A stretch of 63,542 nt of DNA, counting the filler, from Pseudobdellovibrionaceae bacterium (GTDB taxonomy: Bacteria; Bdellovibrionota; Bdellovibrionia; Bdellovibrionales; UBA1609): the NCBI GenBank assembly GCA_030591685.1. It is 9 parts of 9 records of this genome, joined end to end, with 100 filler letters (N's around TTAATTAATTAA, not from the genome) between each part and the next. Parts side by side here need not be neighbours in the genome. Positions count along the whole stretch, not along the records: positions 5,571 to 13,001 come from JAUVAX010000074.1; positions 13,102 to 22,401 come from JAUVAX010000065.1; 7 more parts are not named here. One strand, given 5' to 3'. The number at the start of each line of letters is the position of its first letter. Positions within the stretch are counted from its first letter, which is position 1. Shown here piece by piece: positions 9,210 through 19,635 of this stretch. Position numbers and translations under genes: made by a program. The notes under the pieces are model-generated. The model saw only the letters and a list, made by a program, of their open reading frames with translations, was not told the DNA's origin and did not search any database.

Positions 9210-9737
9210 TTAATCAACGGTAAAAAATAATGACTTTTTAAACTTTTCTGATGGGATTGGCACTCCGCCAACGCCGTCAACAAGAGAGAAGAACCCCTTC
9301 ATCTCAACTTCAACAGAGTAGGTCGGGCCCACCGCAGACGTATTAATCCCACTGATTGTTATTTGAGACATTGGCACAGGAGCCCCCCCTGCGGCTATAA
9401 TGGCCGGATAAGGATTTATAAGGGTTGCGAAGTGCTCATAGGGTATCTCATCTATTTTTCGACTTCCAGATTCTGTAAAATAAGTTAATATAAAATTAAT
9501 ACTCGCTATCACAACCTTGTCTGGCGCATTGTTCGTGAATCTAAAAGTAACATCAAACATGTTTGGTTCAATTTTTACAAGGAGCCCGTTGGCATCAGGA
9601 ACAAACTTAGGCGTCTCAAGAACAAGTGTCGGTATGGATTCAATGTCTACAAGCCCAGACTTGCCCTGGTCCCCAGAGCAGCTCATAAATAAAGGAGCTA
9701 TCAAAATTAATGCTAATGTTCTTATAAAAATTATCAT
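9210..9737 (-). CDS. Hypothetical lipoprotein
   Basis: Lipobox-like LFMSC after a hydrophobic leader. Confidence 0.7.
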   Translation of the reverse strand: MIIFIRTLALILIAPLFMSCSGDQGKSGLVDIESIPTLVLETPKFVPDANGLLVKIEPNMFDVTFRFTNNAPDKVVIASINFILTYFTESGSRKIDEIPYEHFATLINPYPAIIAAGGAPVPMSQITISGINTSAVGPTYSVEVEMKGFFSLVDGVGGVPIPSEKFKKSLFFTVD

Positions 9738-10296
9738 TTTAATGTCCCCGTATCGTGACTTAAATTATACCTAAAACCCCAGCATTTGTGAAAGTTTAAT
9801 TCTCAATTCAGCCTCGGGGCACATGATTATACAAATAACACCTTAAAGTCAGTCCTCCGGCCACAATATAAATCAAGCGCCACATAAATCAGCCTAAACT
9901 TACTATAAGCCGCCTAACTCTTAAAATAGCACATGTCACATGAACGAGCCCCCTCCACTCGACTATAAGCACAGGGGATGCCCCTTCGCGGCCCCTTTTA
10001 ACCATTTAATTTTATTAAAGATTTAGCCTCTCCCGCGCCGTTTGAGCGACAGGGGCCTAAGTGGCTTTTAATTAGGCCCCCCTCGATCCGACAAGCACCC
10101 CTTAACGGCTCATAGCAAAAGCCTGTATTATAAAGTACTTTTATAAAAACCACCCCTATCCACACAAAATAAGACCCGCAAGGTTATGAGGCGCAGAGTC
10201 AAATCTATGCCTTAAGACCTAACAAAAAAAGCTCATAAGCCCGCCGCATTTCATTAGGAGATTGAACTTTTCTGAAATTATTTATATCAAGCTTAT

Positions 10297-11616
10297 ATGG
10301 ACTTATTTGAACACTCACAAACTGGCTATACCCCCTTGGCTGAAAAACTCAGGCCTAAGGAGATCCATGAGTTACTTTTACCTCATGGTCAAAGGTCAAA
10401 AATCAACTCCTACATACGTAATGCTAAGGCCTCTAACTACTTGCCAAATTTAATTCTATGGGGGCCGCCGGGCACAGGTAAAACCTCACTCGCTCTATTA
10501 TTAGCCCAATTGATTAAGGGTGAGTTTATTAACATTAATGCCGTTGATACAGGAGCTAAAAAACTAAAAGAAATCGGAGAAACCGCAAAAAGAAACAAGA
10601 CAGAATTAAACATAGTTACCGTTGTGTTCATAGATGAAATCCACCGCCTCAACAAAGCTCAACAGGATGTCTTGCTCCCCTTTACAGAAAAATCTAATTT
10701 TATTTTAATTGGCGCAACAACCGAAAACCCCAGCTATGAACTGAACTCAGCCCTTATTAGCCGAAGCCAGGTTTTAATTTTCGAACCCCTGTCTCAACAA
10801 AATTTAACTCAAATTTTAAAAAATGGACTTTCTAATGACCGCTTTAAACCTGTAGATATTCTCACCCCCGAGGCCCTTGACCTACTTGTTAACATATCTT
10901 CAGGGGACGCCAGACAGGCCTTAAACCTTGCCGAGCAAGTTCTAAATTATTTCGATGATAAAAATGCTCAACAACCTGACCAGCCCCTAAAAGCTCTGAG
11001 TGTTGATGACCTTAGTGTTTTATTAAATCGACCCGTTGTTAAATATGATAAGTCTGCTGACGAACACTATAACTGCATTTCTGCTTTTATTAAATCCATA
11101 CGCGGCAGCGATCCAGACGCAGGCCTTTACTATTTAGCTCGTATGATCGAGGGGGGCGAAGACCTTAAATTCATAGCTAGAAGGCTCATTATACTCGCCT
11201 CAGAGGACATCGGAAACGCAGACCCAAGAGCACTAACCCTTGCCACCTCAGGGATGGATGCCGCTGAAAAGGTCGGCCTCCCTGAAGCCGGAATTATATT
11301 AGCTCAAGTCGTGACCTACCTAGCCTCAGCACCAAAATCTAACAGCTCTTACCTGGGGTACAAAAAAGCCTTGAATATAGTTCGGCAAACAGGGGCCCTT
11401 TTAGTCCCTATGTCTTTAAAGTCAGCTCAAACTCAGTTTAATAAAAACCTAGGACATGGTGCCGATTACAAATACACACACAACAGCCCTACCGGATGGA
11501 TTGAGCAAAGCTATTTGCCAAACAAAATTAAAGATGAAGTATTCTATGAGCCCTCAAACAGGGCCTTTGAAAAAAACATCACTGAATATTTAAAGTGGGT
11601 AAAGCAAAAAGGTTAA
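10297..11616 (+). CDS. rarA: Replication-associated recombination protein A (MgsA/RarA AAA+ ATPase)
   Basis: PLAEKLRP, GPPGTGKT, FIDEIHR, GATTENP, SAFIKSIRGSDPD, SEDIGNADP. Confidence 0.96.
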   Translation: MDLFEHSQTGYTPLAEKLRPKEIHELLLPHGQRSKINSYIRNAKASNYLPNLILWGPPGTGKTSLALLLAQLIKGEFININAVDTGAKKLKEIGETAKRNKTELNIVTVVFIDEIHRLNKAQQDVLLPFTEKSNFILIGATTENPSYELNSALISRSQVLIFEPLSQQNLTQILKNGLSNDRFKPVDILTPEALDLLVNISSGDARQALNLAEQVLNYFDDKNAQQPDQPLKALSVDDLSVLLNRPVVKYDKSADEHYNCISAFIKSIRGSDPDAGLYYLARMIEGGEDLKFIARRLIILASEDIGNADPRALTLATSGMDAAEKVGLPEAGIILAQVVTYLASAPKSNSSYLGYKKALNIVRQTGALLVPMSLKSAQTQFNKNLGHGADYKYTHNSPTGWIEQSYLPNKIKDEVFYEPSNRAFEKNITEYLKWVKQKG

Positions 11617-13001
11617 TTCTGCATGATCTCAGGTTCATTAATTACTCTAGGAGTTAGGAATATTAAAAGTTCTGTTTTAATATTTGTCTCAACCTTTGAT
11701 TTAAACATCCATCCAAAAAGAGGAATGTCCTTTAAAACGGGCACCCCTCCCTCATTTTTTGTAATATCATTTTGAAAGATCCCACCAATCACACCTGTTT
11801 GTCCATTATTGACTAAGATTTTAGTTTTCACACTACGAGTGTTTATCGGAGCTTCACCTGAAACAATATCTGGGGCCCCTGGGAATTCACGTTGCATTTC
11901 TACCTCCATAATAACGGACCCTTTGCTTGTTACCTGTGGCGTAACATCTAACTTGAGCTCAAAGGGAAGTCTTTTTATGGTCTCAATGACTTCATTAGTT
12001 GTCTGAGAGGTTGTTTTTACAGAAGTAAAGATTTCACCCTTTTGACTAATAGAGGCCTTCTCTTTATTTATAGTCATAATTCGTGGAGATGAGATTATTT
12101 TTACATTATTTTTTGACTCCTCTAATGCCAACTGCAAATCAAGGTTACCTAAAACAGGCAGAGTGCCCATGTTAAATTTAAACAGCCCCGCACCTGTTGA
12201 AGTACTCAACGGGCTAATACTTGCCTGCATACGCGAAGTCACATTACCGCTGGGCCCGGTTAAACCACCTACATCTACAGCGGCTCCAGAAAAACCCCAA
12301 TTAACACCAAATGTTTCTGTAAATTGCTCCGTGGCCTCTACTATCTTTCCCTCAATCATGACTTGAGGGGGCGGCACATCTAACTCTTTAATTAGTTTTG
12401 CAATTTTTATTAAAACATCCGTAACGTCTTTTACGATAATTGAGCTGGTTCGTTTATCCGAAGTTACTGAACCCCTTTTTTTTGATAAAAAGGGTTTTAT
12501 TTGTTTTTCTAAATCCTCTACCTTTGCATAACTGACGGGGATCACACTGACCTTTACGGCCTCTAATGTTCGACTGGCATCAATGATTTTCTTAGTGGCC
12601 TCTGTTTCCGCCTCCAGCTCTTTTATTGTAGAAACTCGCAAAACACTTCCGTGCCGAATATAGCCAAAGCCCTTAGTTTTTAACACAATTAGGAATGCCT
12701 GATCCCAAGGCACGTCTTTAAGTTTTAATTGTATTTCACCTTTCACCTGCGCTGAAATGACCATGTTAACGCCACTTTCTTCAGAAATAAAACTCAATAC
12801 ATCTCGAACGTCAGCATCTTTAAGTGTCTCTATTGAGATTTTTCGCCCATAAAATTTAGGGGTACTTGTCATAAATTCAGCCAGTGATGTGGCCCGCAAC
12901 ATTTCTCTATCTTTATTGGCGGCACCTGTGTCATAGGACCATTCTTCGGCAGGCCCTGGTGGCGGAGTATCATGAGAGTCATCTCTCATCTTTCGCCCCC
13001 C
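11613..13001 (-). CDS. pilQ: Type IV pilus secretin, 5'-truncated
   Basis: FYGRKISI, LKDVPWDQAF, QVMIEGKIVEA, GVPVLKDIPLFGWMFK, ELLIFLTPRV. Confidence 0.93.
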   Translation of the reverse strand, partial: GGRKMRDDSHDTPPPGPAEEWSYDTGAANKDREMLRATSLAEFMTSTPKFYGRKISIETLKDADVRDVLSFISEESGVNMVISAQVKGEIQLKLKDVPWDQAFLIVLKTKGFGYIRHGSVLRVSTIKELEAETEATKKIIDASRTLEAVKVSVIPVSYAKVEDLEKQIKPFLSKKRGSVTSDKRTSSIIVKDVTDVLIKIAKLIKELDVPPPQVMIEGKIVEATEQFTETFGVNWGFSGAAVDVGGLTGPSGNVTSRMQASISPLSTSTGAGLFKFNMGTLPVLGNLDLQLALEESKNNVKIISSPRIMTINKEKASISQKGEIFTSVKTTSQTTNEVIETIKRLPFELKLDVTPQVTSKGSVIMEVEMQREFPGAPDIVSGEAPINTRSVKTKILVNNGQTGVIGGIFQNDITKNEGGVPVLKDIPLFGWMFKSKVETNIKTELLIFLTPRVINEPEIMQN

Positions 13002-13108
13002 NNNNNNNNNNNNNNNNNNNNNNNNNNNNNNNNNNNNNNNNNNNNTTAATTAATTAANNNNNNNNNNNNNNNNNNNNNNNNNNNNNNNNNNNNNNNNNNN
13101 NCACAAAG

Positions 13109-13120
13109 AGGGACGGAGCC
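13109..13120 (+). repeat. REP-like element AGGGACGGAGCC upstream of Y1 transposase
   Basis: Exact inverted copy GGCTCCGTCCCT at 14250-14261; variant at 14133-14149. Confidence 0.7.
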
Positions 13121-13278
13121 ACCCCAAGCCTTTGCGCCCAAGTTGCCGACATGAACTGAAGAACTTCAGTGTAAGCCCGGCGTTCGCACACCCATCCGGA
13201 ATACGAATAACCTCACATCCATTTGCCGCATAACCCGCTATCGCCGGTGTGCTATTCTTTGCATATTAATATCTTAAT

Positions 13279-13998
13279 ATGCGTATATCACGATCTACAC
13301 AGCTCCCATTTGAAAGCGGCCTAGTGCACAAATACTGGCGGTGCCATAACCGTGAATACCTACTCAAGTCTCACGAAATCAAGGACTTGTACTTGAATAG
13401 CACTGAATATGCACTGACTCATAAGAGCGTTAATTCAAATGTAAAACTTTATTCTTACTGCTTAATGGACAACCATACTCATATGCAAATGAGCTATAGT
13501 AATAACTCGTCATATATATCCAATTTCATGCGTATATCACATGCGCGGTTTGGAGCGGCTGCTAATAAAATATTTAGGCGAACAGGTAAGGTTGCAAATG
13601 AACGGCCTAAAACGCCATTAATTGAAAATGAGGAGCACAGCATGAGGGTTCATTTCTATATTGAGGCCAATCCCGTTCGAGCTCAAATGGTAAAAGCTGA
13701 GAATTTAAGATTTTATAAGTATTCAAGCTATAAATTTTATGCACACGGTATAAGGGATGGATGGTCAAAGCTATTAACTATTCCTGATTGGTATATTAAG
13801 CTCGGTAAAACTAGGCGAGAACGTCAGTCAAAGTATAGAAGGCTTTTTTTAGAGTATTTAGAAAATGAATTATTTGGATTTAAATGGATATTTGAAAAGT
13901 ATATAGGTCGCCCATCATGGAAGCTAAAAATGGCAGTGTTATCTAAAGAAATCGCTGAGAGCCCAGTTGTTGGCACCATTTCATCAAACTCGAGTTAA
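13279..13998 (+). mobile_element. IS200-family / REP-associated tyrosine (Y1 HUH) transposase
   Basis: HKYWRCHNRE, YCLMDNHTH (HUH), YIEANPVRA (catalytic Tyr), YKYSSY. Confidence 0.88.
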
Positions 13999-14248
13999 TG
14001 ATTTTCATCAATATTAATTTTTGCTAATGACAGTACTTTTTTGTGGAAAAGTTAAGGGATAAGTGTGTCCAATTTAGGGCGAATATCGAGGACTTAGTTA
14101 AAAATTTATTAAAAACAGATGACATTGGGGTTGGAGGAGCCCTCTTTGTTGCTTTAGCTGTGGTTTTTTGGGAAGGGGGTAATGTGTTGGGCCATTGGGT
14201 TAAGGGGAGGGGTGTGAGTTAGGGTAAGGGGTTGGAATGAGGGGGGAA

Positions 14249-14261
14249 GGGCTCCGTCCCT
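14249..14261 (-). repeat. REP-like element GGGCTCCGTCCCT downstream of Y1 transposase
   Basis: Reverse complement of 13109-13120. Confidence 0.7.
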
Positions 14262-14357
14262 GTTGGGGGGCGTAATATTTACTAAGGGTCATCGTGAAGT
14301 ATTAAGTTGTCGTTAAACAAACCCCCAGCTGAAGGAGTGGGGTTGTAGGATCCTGAT

Positions 14358-16230
14358 TTGAGCAATATATTCCATAAAACAGATGCCCCTACTAGGACTG
14401 GAGAGCTTAAGTTGAGTGATTTAAATAAAATCGAGAACAAAAAATCACCAGAAATGGTTTATACCACAGACGGTAAAGGTGTAATTACCTACGCCAGCGC
14501 TCAATTTTTACATTCGATGGATTATGAAAAGCATGAAATGGTGGGTAAACCGTATACCAACTTCATACAGACTCAACTAAAAACATTAAAGCCAGAAACT
14601 CACCTAAAATCAAATGAGATGAGCTTTATAAAAAAAGATGGATCCTATTTAAATGTAATTCAATTTATAGTTGCTGAAAAAGAGAGCTCAAGCAGTGGTG
14701 CTTATTTTTCAGCCTACTTACATAACTTAAATAACTACACTAAAAAGATTAAAAGTCAGAGTGCTCTTATAGATAAATTTCACCTGTCATTTAAAAACTC
14801 CCGAGTCGCCATGTGGGATTACGATATAAAATCAGGACGAATTTATTGGCAAATGCAAAATTTTAATTTTTATGAGACCGCGGGGTTTAGAAAATTCCTT
14901 TCAATTGAAGAAATCATGAATATGATACACCCAGAAGATGCCCCTAATGTGATGAGCTCACTGCAAGAAGCCATTAGCTCAGGGAAGAGCTCCCTAAGTG
15001 TTGAGTTCAGGGTGCCCCTGAAATCAGGAAAGTTAAAGTACATTTCTACATACTGTAACATTGAGAGAAATAGCAAAGGTGAGATTACAAGCATCGTAGG
15101 TATTGATATTGATGTGACCTCATTAAAGAGAACAGAGGAGCAGTTAGCACTTCTAAATTATAGATTTAAAATGGCTATAGAGTCGTCAAAAATGGGAGTA
15201 TGGGATTGGGATATTGAATCGGATAAGAGCTATTGGTGTGAGAGAATGTATAAAATGTATGGCGCCACTAGTGAGGATAAACAATTTGATGCAAATCGTT
15301 GGTGTGATCGATTACACCCTGACGATAAAGAAGAGGGTATGCGTACACAAAAAGAAAGCTTGCGCACGGGGAAAGATTACGTTTCTGAGTTTCGAATTAT
15401 TTATAAAAATAATGAAATCAGACATATTAAAGCTTTTGGTTGTGTACTTAAAAATAGAGAGGGGAAGGCTATTAGAATGATCGGAGTTAATATTGATGTT
15501 ACAGCAGAAAAACAAACACAGAGCGCTCTGATTCATGCCCAAAAATTTTCAGCTCTAGGGGAAATGACGGGAGAGGTTGCACACGAAATTAACAACCCAC
15601 TCTCGATTATAGACGGATATGTGGATAGACTTTTAAGGAATTTCGAAAAAAACGAAATTTTAATAGATCCGACTTTAAATGATCTAAGGAAAATAAAAAG
15701 GACGGTTGCAAGAATAGCAAATATTGTTAAAGGAATGAGACGCTATACGCTATACGCGAGACGCAACTCATGATGAGTTAAAACTATCGCATATTGATGA
15801 GATCGTTGCCGATGCCGAAGCCTTTTCTGCCGAGAAATTTAAATACTCAGGGGTAGTTATTACTACTGATGTAGAGAAAGACTGTTATGTAAAATGTCGA
15901 CCGACAGAACTCTCACAAGCCCTTTTAAATTTAATTAATAACGCTTATGATGCCATTAAGGATGACGAGAATAAGTGGATTAAGATTAGAGCCTACACCC
16001 TAAGATCCCATGTGATTTTAGAAGTGACTGACTCCGGAAGGGGAATACCCGTGAGCCTACGGTCGAATATCTTTTCCAGGTTTTATACAACTAAATCTAT
16101 GGGCGAAGGGACGGGGATGGGGCTTTCAATAACTAAGGGGATAGTAGAGGCTCATGGTGGCCATATTCAGTTGGATGAAATATCTCAGAATACTAAATTT
16201 GTAATATCAATCCCACAGGCGAGCGCATAA
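14358..16230 (+). pseudogene. PAS/PAC sensor histidine kinase, frameshifted by a 7-bp duplication
   Basis: PAS repeats and H-box VAHEINNPL; ACGCTAT duplicated at 15740-15753; removing one copy joins the frame to QALLNLINNAYDA...DSGRGIP...FYTTK..GEGTGMGLSI. Confidence 0.85.
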
Positions 16231-16246
16231 ATAGGTATTTTTAAAT

Positions 16247-17296
16247 CTATTTGGGTTTTATAAAGTCCCTCAAAGACTTTTCGGGGTCATCATCTTTAGC
16301 TAAACGTTTACAGAAAGACATGAACTCTTTGAAATTACCATTAAACTTCATAAAGGCCGTTTCAAAATCAGATTGATCGTAAACATAGGTTTTGTAAGCA
16401 AGTATTTGAGCATTATTTAGTGGCTTACTCGTAAAGGAATGATAGCTGTAAATATTTAATTTTGGTTTTACATTAGAAATAAAATTATTTTGTATTTCTA
16501 ATAGGCGTTCTGATTTTATTTCATGAGTCATGTTGATACTGTTTTTTTTGTACCAAGAGCCTAGGCTTTTTATTTCGTGACTTATAAATTTTGAAAAAAT
16601 ATTTTTATCCTTAGATTCTTTTTTTATTTTTATTAAAGTAGAGGAGGCCTCTCCTTCAAGTTGTTTATAGAAGGCCTCGGTCCCCTTGTTTGCAAAAAAT
16701 GTAGCTAAACGTTCATTAAAGTTTGCATTTGATTTTATATATAAAGTGACATGCACCGTTTCGTGAATGATAAGGTTCACCAACCTATGATCTGAATAAT
16801 TCAAATGTGATGAAAAAAGAGGGTCATCAAACCACCCCAGTGTGCTGTAAGCACTAACCCCTCGGATGTACGTGTCATACAGTTCTTCAGAGAAGCTTCG
16901 AGACTCCTCAATAGCTTCATCTTTAGTCGTAAAGCCTTTATATGGGAGTTGACCAACGATGGGAAACCACCATTTGTGGCTTTTAAGCTCAAAAGCCGGC
17001 GCGACAGTAAGGAGATGAGTTACATAGGGTCCATTTAATTTTACAAAGGAAGTGTAGTTGTTTGATTTTTCTAACCCCAGAGTTGTCTCCGCAAACTGAC
17101 GAGCACTCTCAGCAAGTTTAAGTTTTTTAATATGCCGCTTTGATAGATTTTGGGTTTGAATAGCCTCTTCAATGGGTACTCGTTTGTTCATGAGTGATAA
17201 ATGATTATAGGCTGATTTGACAAGGTAAGGGATCTGACAGCCAGAAATTAATAAACTGGCACAAAGAACCCAAACGTACTTGTTTAAAACAACCAT
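16247..17296 (-). CDS. Putative zinc aminopeptidase lipoprotein
   Basis: Lipobox ISGC; WWFPIVG, AYSTLGWFDDP, HETVH, FNERLA. Confidence 0.9.
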   Translation of the reverse strand: MVVLNKYVWVLCASLLISGCQIPYLVKSAYNHLSLMNKRVPIEEAIQTQNLSKRHIKKLKLAESARQFAETTLGLEKSNNYTSFVKLNGPYVTHLLTVAPAFELKSHKWWFPIVGQLPYKGFTTKDEAIEESRSFSEELYDTYIRGVSAYSTLGWFDDPLFSSHLNYSDHRLVNLIIHETVHVTLYIKSNANFNERLATFFANKGTEAFYKQLEGEASSTLIKIKKESKDKNIFSKFISHEIKSLGSWYKKNSINMTHEIKSERLLEIQNNFISNVKPKLNIYSYHSFTSKPLNNAQILAYKTYVYDQSDFETAFMKFNGNFKEFMSFCKRLAKDDDPEKSLRDFIKPK

Positions 17297-17844
17297 GAAA
17301 TCCCGGCTCGAGCAGCGTAATCGTAGTTCGTCGGGTGCCTGTCGTCGCCAATAGGGGTAGACCAGGTATCAACAGAGAATTTAACACTGAAGGCTTGAGT
17401 CATGCGTATGCGAAACCCTAAGCCAGCACTCGGTGCTACACCTATTTGATAGTCGATTCTTTGTTTAATGTTATCGTCAGGATCTAAGAAATACTCTTTG
17501 TCCATATATATGGCGCCGATCTTGACAAAAGGTTGAAAGGAATCCTTTCGCCCCGCAAAGCTGATAACAAAATCCATACCGACAAACTCGCTCGTCCCAA
17601 GTATTACAACAGCACTACTGGCATCAATACCTGTTGAGCTTTCATAGTGGCCAGATGTGTAGCTGATCTCTAGAGCAGACATCTCCCAAAAATAATAGGC
17701 AAGAGAGGCGGTTACTGACTGCCTCACTGAAAAATTATTGTCATCAATTTTAGAGTTATGATAGCTCGTGCTTAGGCCAAGCTCAGCAACACCCGCCTGT
17801 AAGGAAACACTCCAAAAAATGAATAATAAGACTATAGACTTCAT
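17284..17844 (-). CDS. Outer-membrane beta-barrel protein
   Basis: Signal peptide, amphipathic strands, C-terminal GISWLF. Confidence 0.8.
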   Translation of the reverse strand: MKSIVLLFIFWSVSLQAGVAELGLSTSYHNSKIDDNNFSVRQSVTASLAYYFWEMSALEISYTSGHYESSTGIDASSAVVILGTSEFVGMDFVISFAGRKDSFQPFVKIGAIYMDKEYFLDPDDNIKQRIDYQIGVAPSAGLGFRIRMTQAFSVKFSVDTWSTPIGDDRHPTNYDYAARAGISWLF

Positions 17845-17883
17845 AATCTTTATTTTACTACGTAAGGTTAAATATGAGTAAAA

Positions 17884-18723
17884 CTAAAGGCTTTTTCTAA
17901 CATAATGTCGAGGTCTAAAATCGATATTAAAGCCATAGTGTATGTGAATTAGTCCATCGTCCTGCACCAACCCCTTCGGAGGGTTCAGTATAGGCGAGCT
18001 AGCCTTAAAGGCCTCAATTGCTACTTGATCCAAATTCTTCAGACCAGAGCTCTTAGTTAGGATGATCTTTTTTACATAACCCTCTTTTGAAAGCAGGACC
18101 TCTATACCTGTGTAGCGGGTTTTCTGTCGAGCAGCACTAACATCCCTTAGTGAACGTCTTGAAATCCAGCTTCGGACCCTTTGAATCCACCGAGGCTTTA
18201 GTTTTCTCCCAAGGCGTTCATAGTAGGTGTAGTAGACAAATTGGTCAGTATTAAGGGCTGTTGCTGCTGCCAGCTTAACGTGTGGGATATAATCAGCGCT
18301 GGTTGAAAACCCAGTAAAACTTCGGCCCATGAGTAGAGATTTTGAAGCCGCCTGAGTGCCATATTTACTGATTTTTGAGGTTTGTACTTTTTTTGAGAGT
18401 TTTCGGGATTTGTTTCTTGTTCTTGAGCCTGTACGACGAGCGGTCGTTTGCACTTTGACTCGCTGATTATTTTTAGATAAAAATTGAACCTTTTTTTTAG
18501 CATTTTTAATGTGACGTTTAATTTTTTCAAGGTCACTTTGATCTACGATTTGATGCTTTTTTCGCTGGATTTCTGTCCGAGGTGTAAAATCAACCTCTAT
18601 AATTTCTGTTCTTTTTTGTGAAAAGTCAGAAGAGGGCAGCCAATCTAACCCTAAAACAAAACAAAGGTGGAGCAACAAACTGACAACAATAGTAAGTACC
18701 TGTAATTGCTTACTTCTATCCAT
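17884..18723 (-). CDS. TonB-family energy transducer (TonB C-terminal domain)
   Basis: SxxxH in the TM helix (SLLLH); SSGLKNLDQVAIEAF..PILNPP. Confidence 0.85.
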   Translation of the reverse strand: MDRSKQLQVLTIVVSLLLHLCFVLGLDWLPSSDFSQKRTEIIEVDFTPRTEIQRKKHQIVDQSDLEKIKRHIKNAKKKVQFLSKNNQRVKVQTTARRTGSRTRNKSRKLSKKVQTSKISKYGTQAASKSLLMGRSFTGFSTSADYIPHVKLAAATALNTDQFVYYTYYERLGRKLKPRWIQRVRSWISRRSLRDVSAARQKTRYTGIEVLLSKEGYVKKIILTKSSGLKNLDQVAIEAFKASSPILNPPKGLVQDDGLIHIHYGFNIDFRPRHYVRKSL

Positions 18724-18815
18724 ATCTAAGCCTCTCTTGGGGCCACTGTAGCAAAGAAAGTGGCTAAAGTTGAGACAAATAATGCCGATAAGCCTTATAT
18801 ATGAGGGGGACTTAT

Positions 18816-19355
18816 ATGTCGCAAGATAATATTATAGACTTCAAAAAGCACCTAGAGGCAAAATCGTCTAAAAGTACAAAGACGGTCAAAAGGCCAAGGG
18901 CGCAAGCGCCAGATCCGGCATTGGTTTTAGATATGACCGCCCGCCGCAGCGAGATGCTTTTAAGTGAGCGACGTGAGGTGCGAAGAACAATTTTAACTGA
19001 ATTTGTTGGTGCCTTTGTTATTCTCCCTAATTTGGGTCTTAAAAAAGTGGCTCTATATGATATCTCTGAAAATGGAGTAGCATTCGATCTTAATGAAAAC
19101 GAAGGCCGCTTTAAAAAAGGCGAAGAGGTAGCTATGCGTGTATATTTAAACCACAAAACCTACTTTTCATTTTTAGTAACGATGAAGAACGCCCAGTATA
19201 TTGAAGACGAGTGCATTAGCCGTCATGGTGGTGAGTTTGTAAAAGGCTCTGTTAACGATGAGGCACTTTATCATTTTATTAAATTTATAGAAACTGTATC
19301 GGCAAGCTTAGAAACAGATACAGGGGATGTGATGGTTTCTAATTTAAATGATTAG
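18816..19355 (+). CDS. PilZ domain protein
   Basis: RxxxR (ERREVRR) and DISENG (D/NxSxxG). Confidence 0.85.
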   Translation: MSQDNIIDFKKHLEAKSSKSTKTVKRPRAQAPDPALVLDMTARRSEMLLSERREVRRTILTEFVGAFVILPNLGLKKVALYDISENGVAFDLNENEGRFKKGEEVAMRVYLNHKTYFSFLVTMKNAQYIEDECISRHGGEFVKGSVNDEALYHFIKFIETVSASLETDTGDVMVSNLND

Positions 19356-19635
19356 TCCCCTTGACGTAATTTAAATTAAAAAACATAAATGATGGTCTAT
19401 GATTTTTGACACTTCAGGTGCAAAAGTAAGCAATATGATATTTATAATAGGACTGTAGTTAGCGGCCATAAAGCGTTAACGGCCCCTCAGGCCTTACTGG
19501 CGAGGGTTAAATGCAAATTTTCAAACAAAATTTTGCTTTGCATTAGTGTATTTATGTTTTTATATACATCCCCTAGGTAAAAAGTGACAATAAACATAAG
19601 GTACGCTGTGCCTACAATGCTCATGCGGAGGTGCA

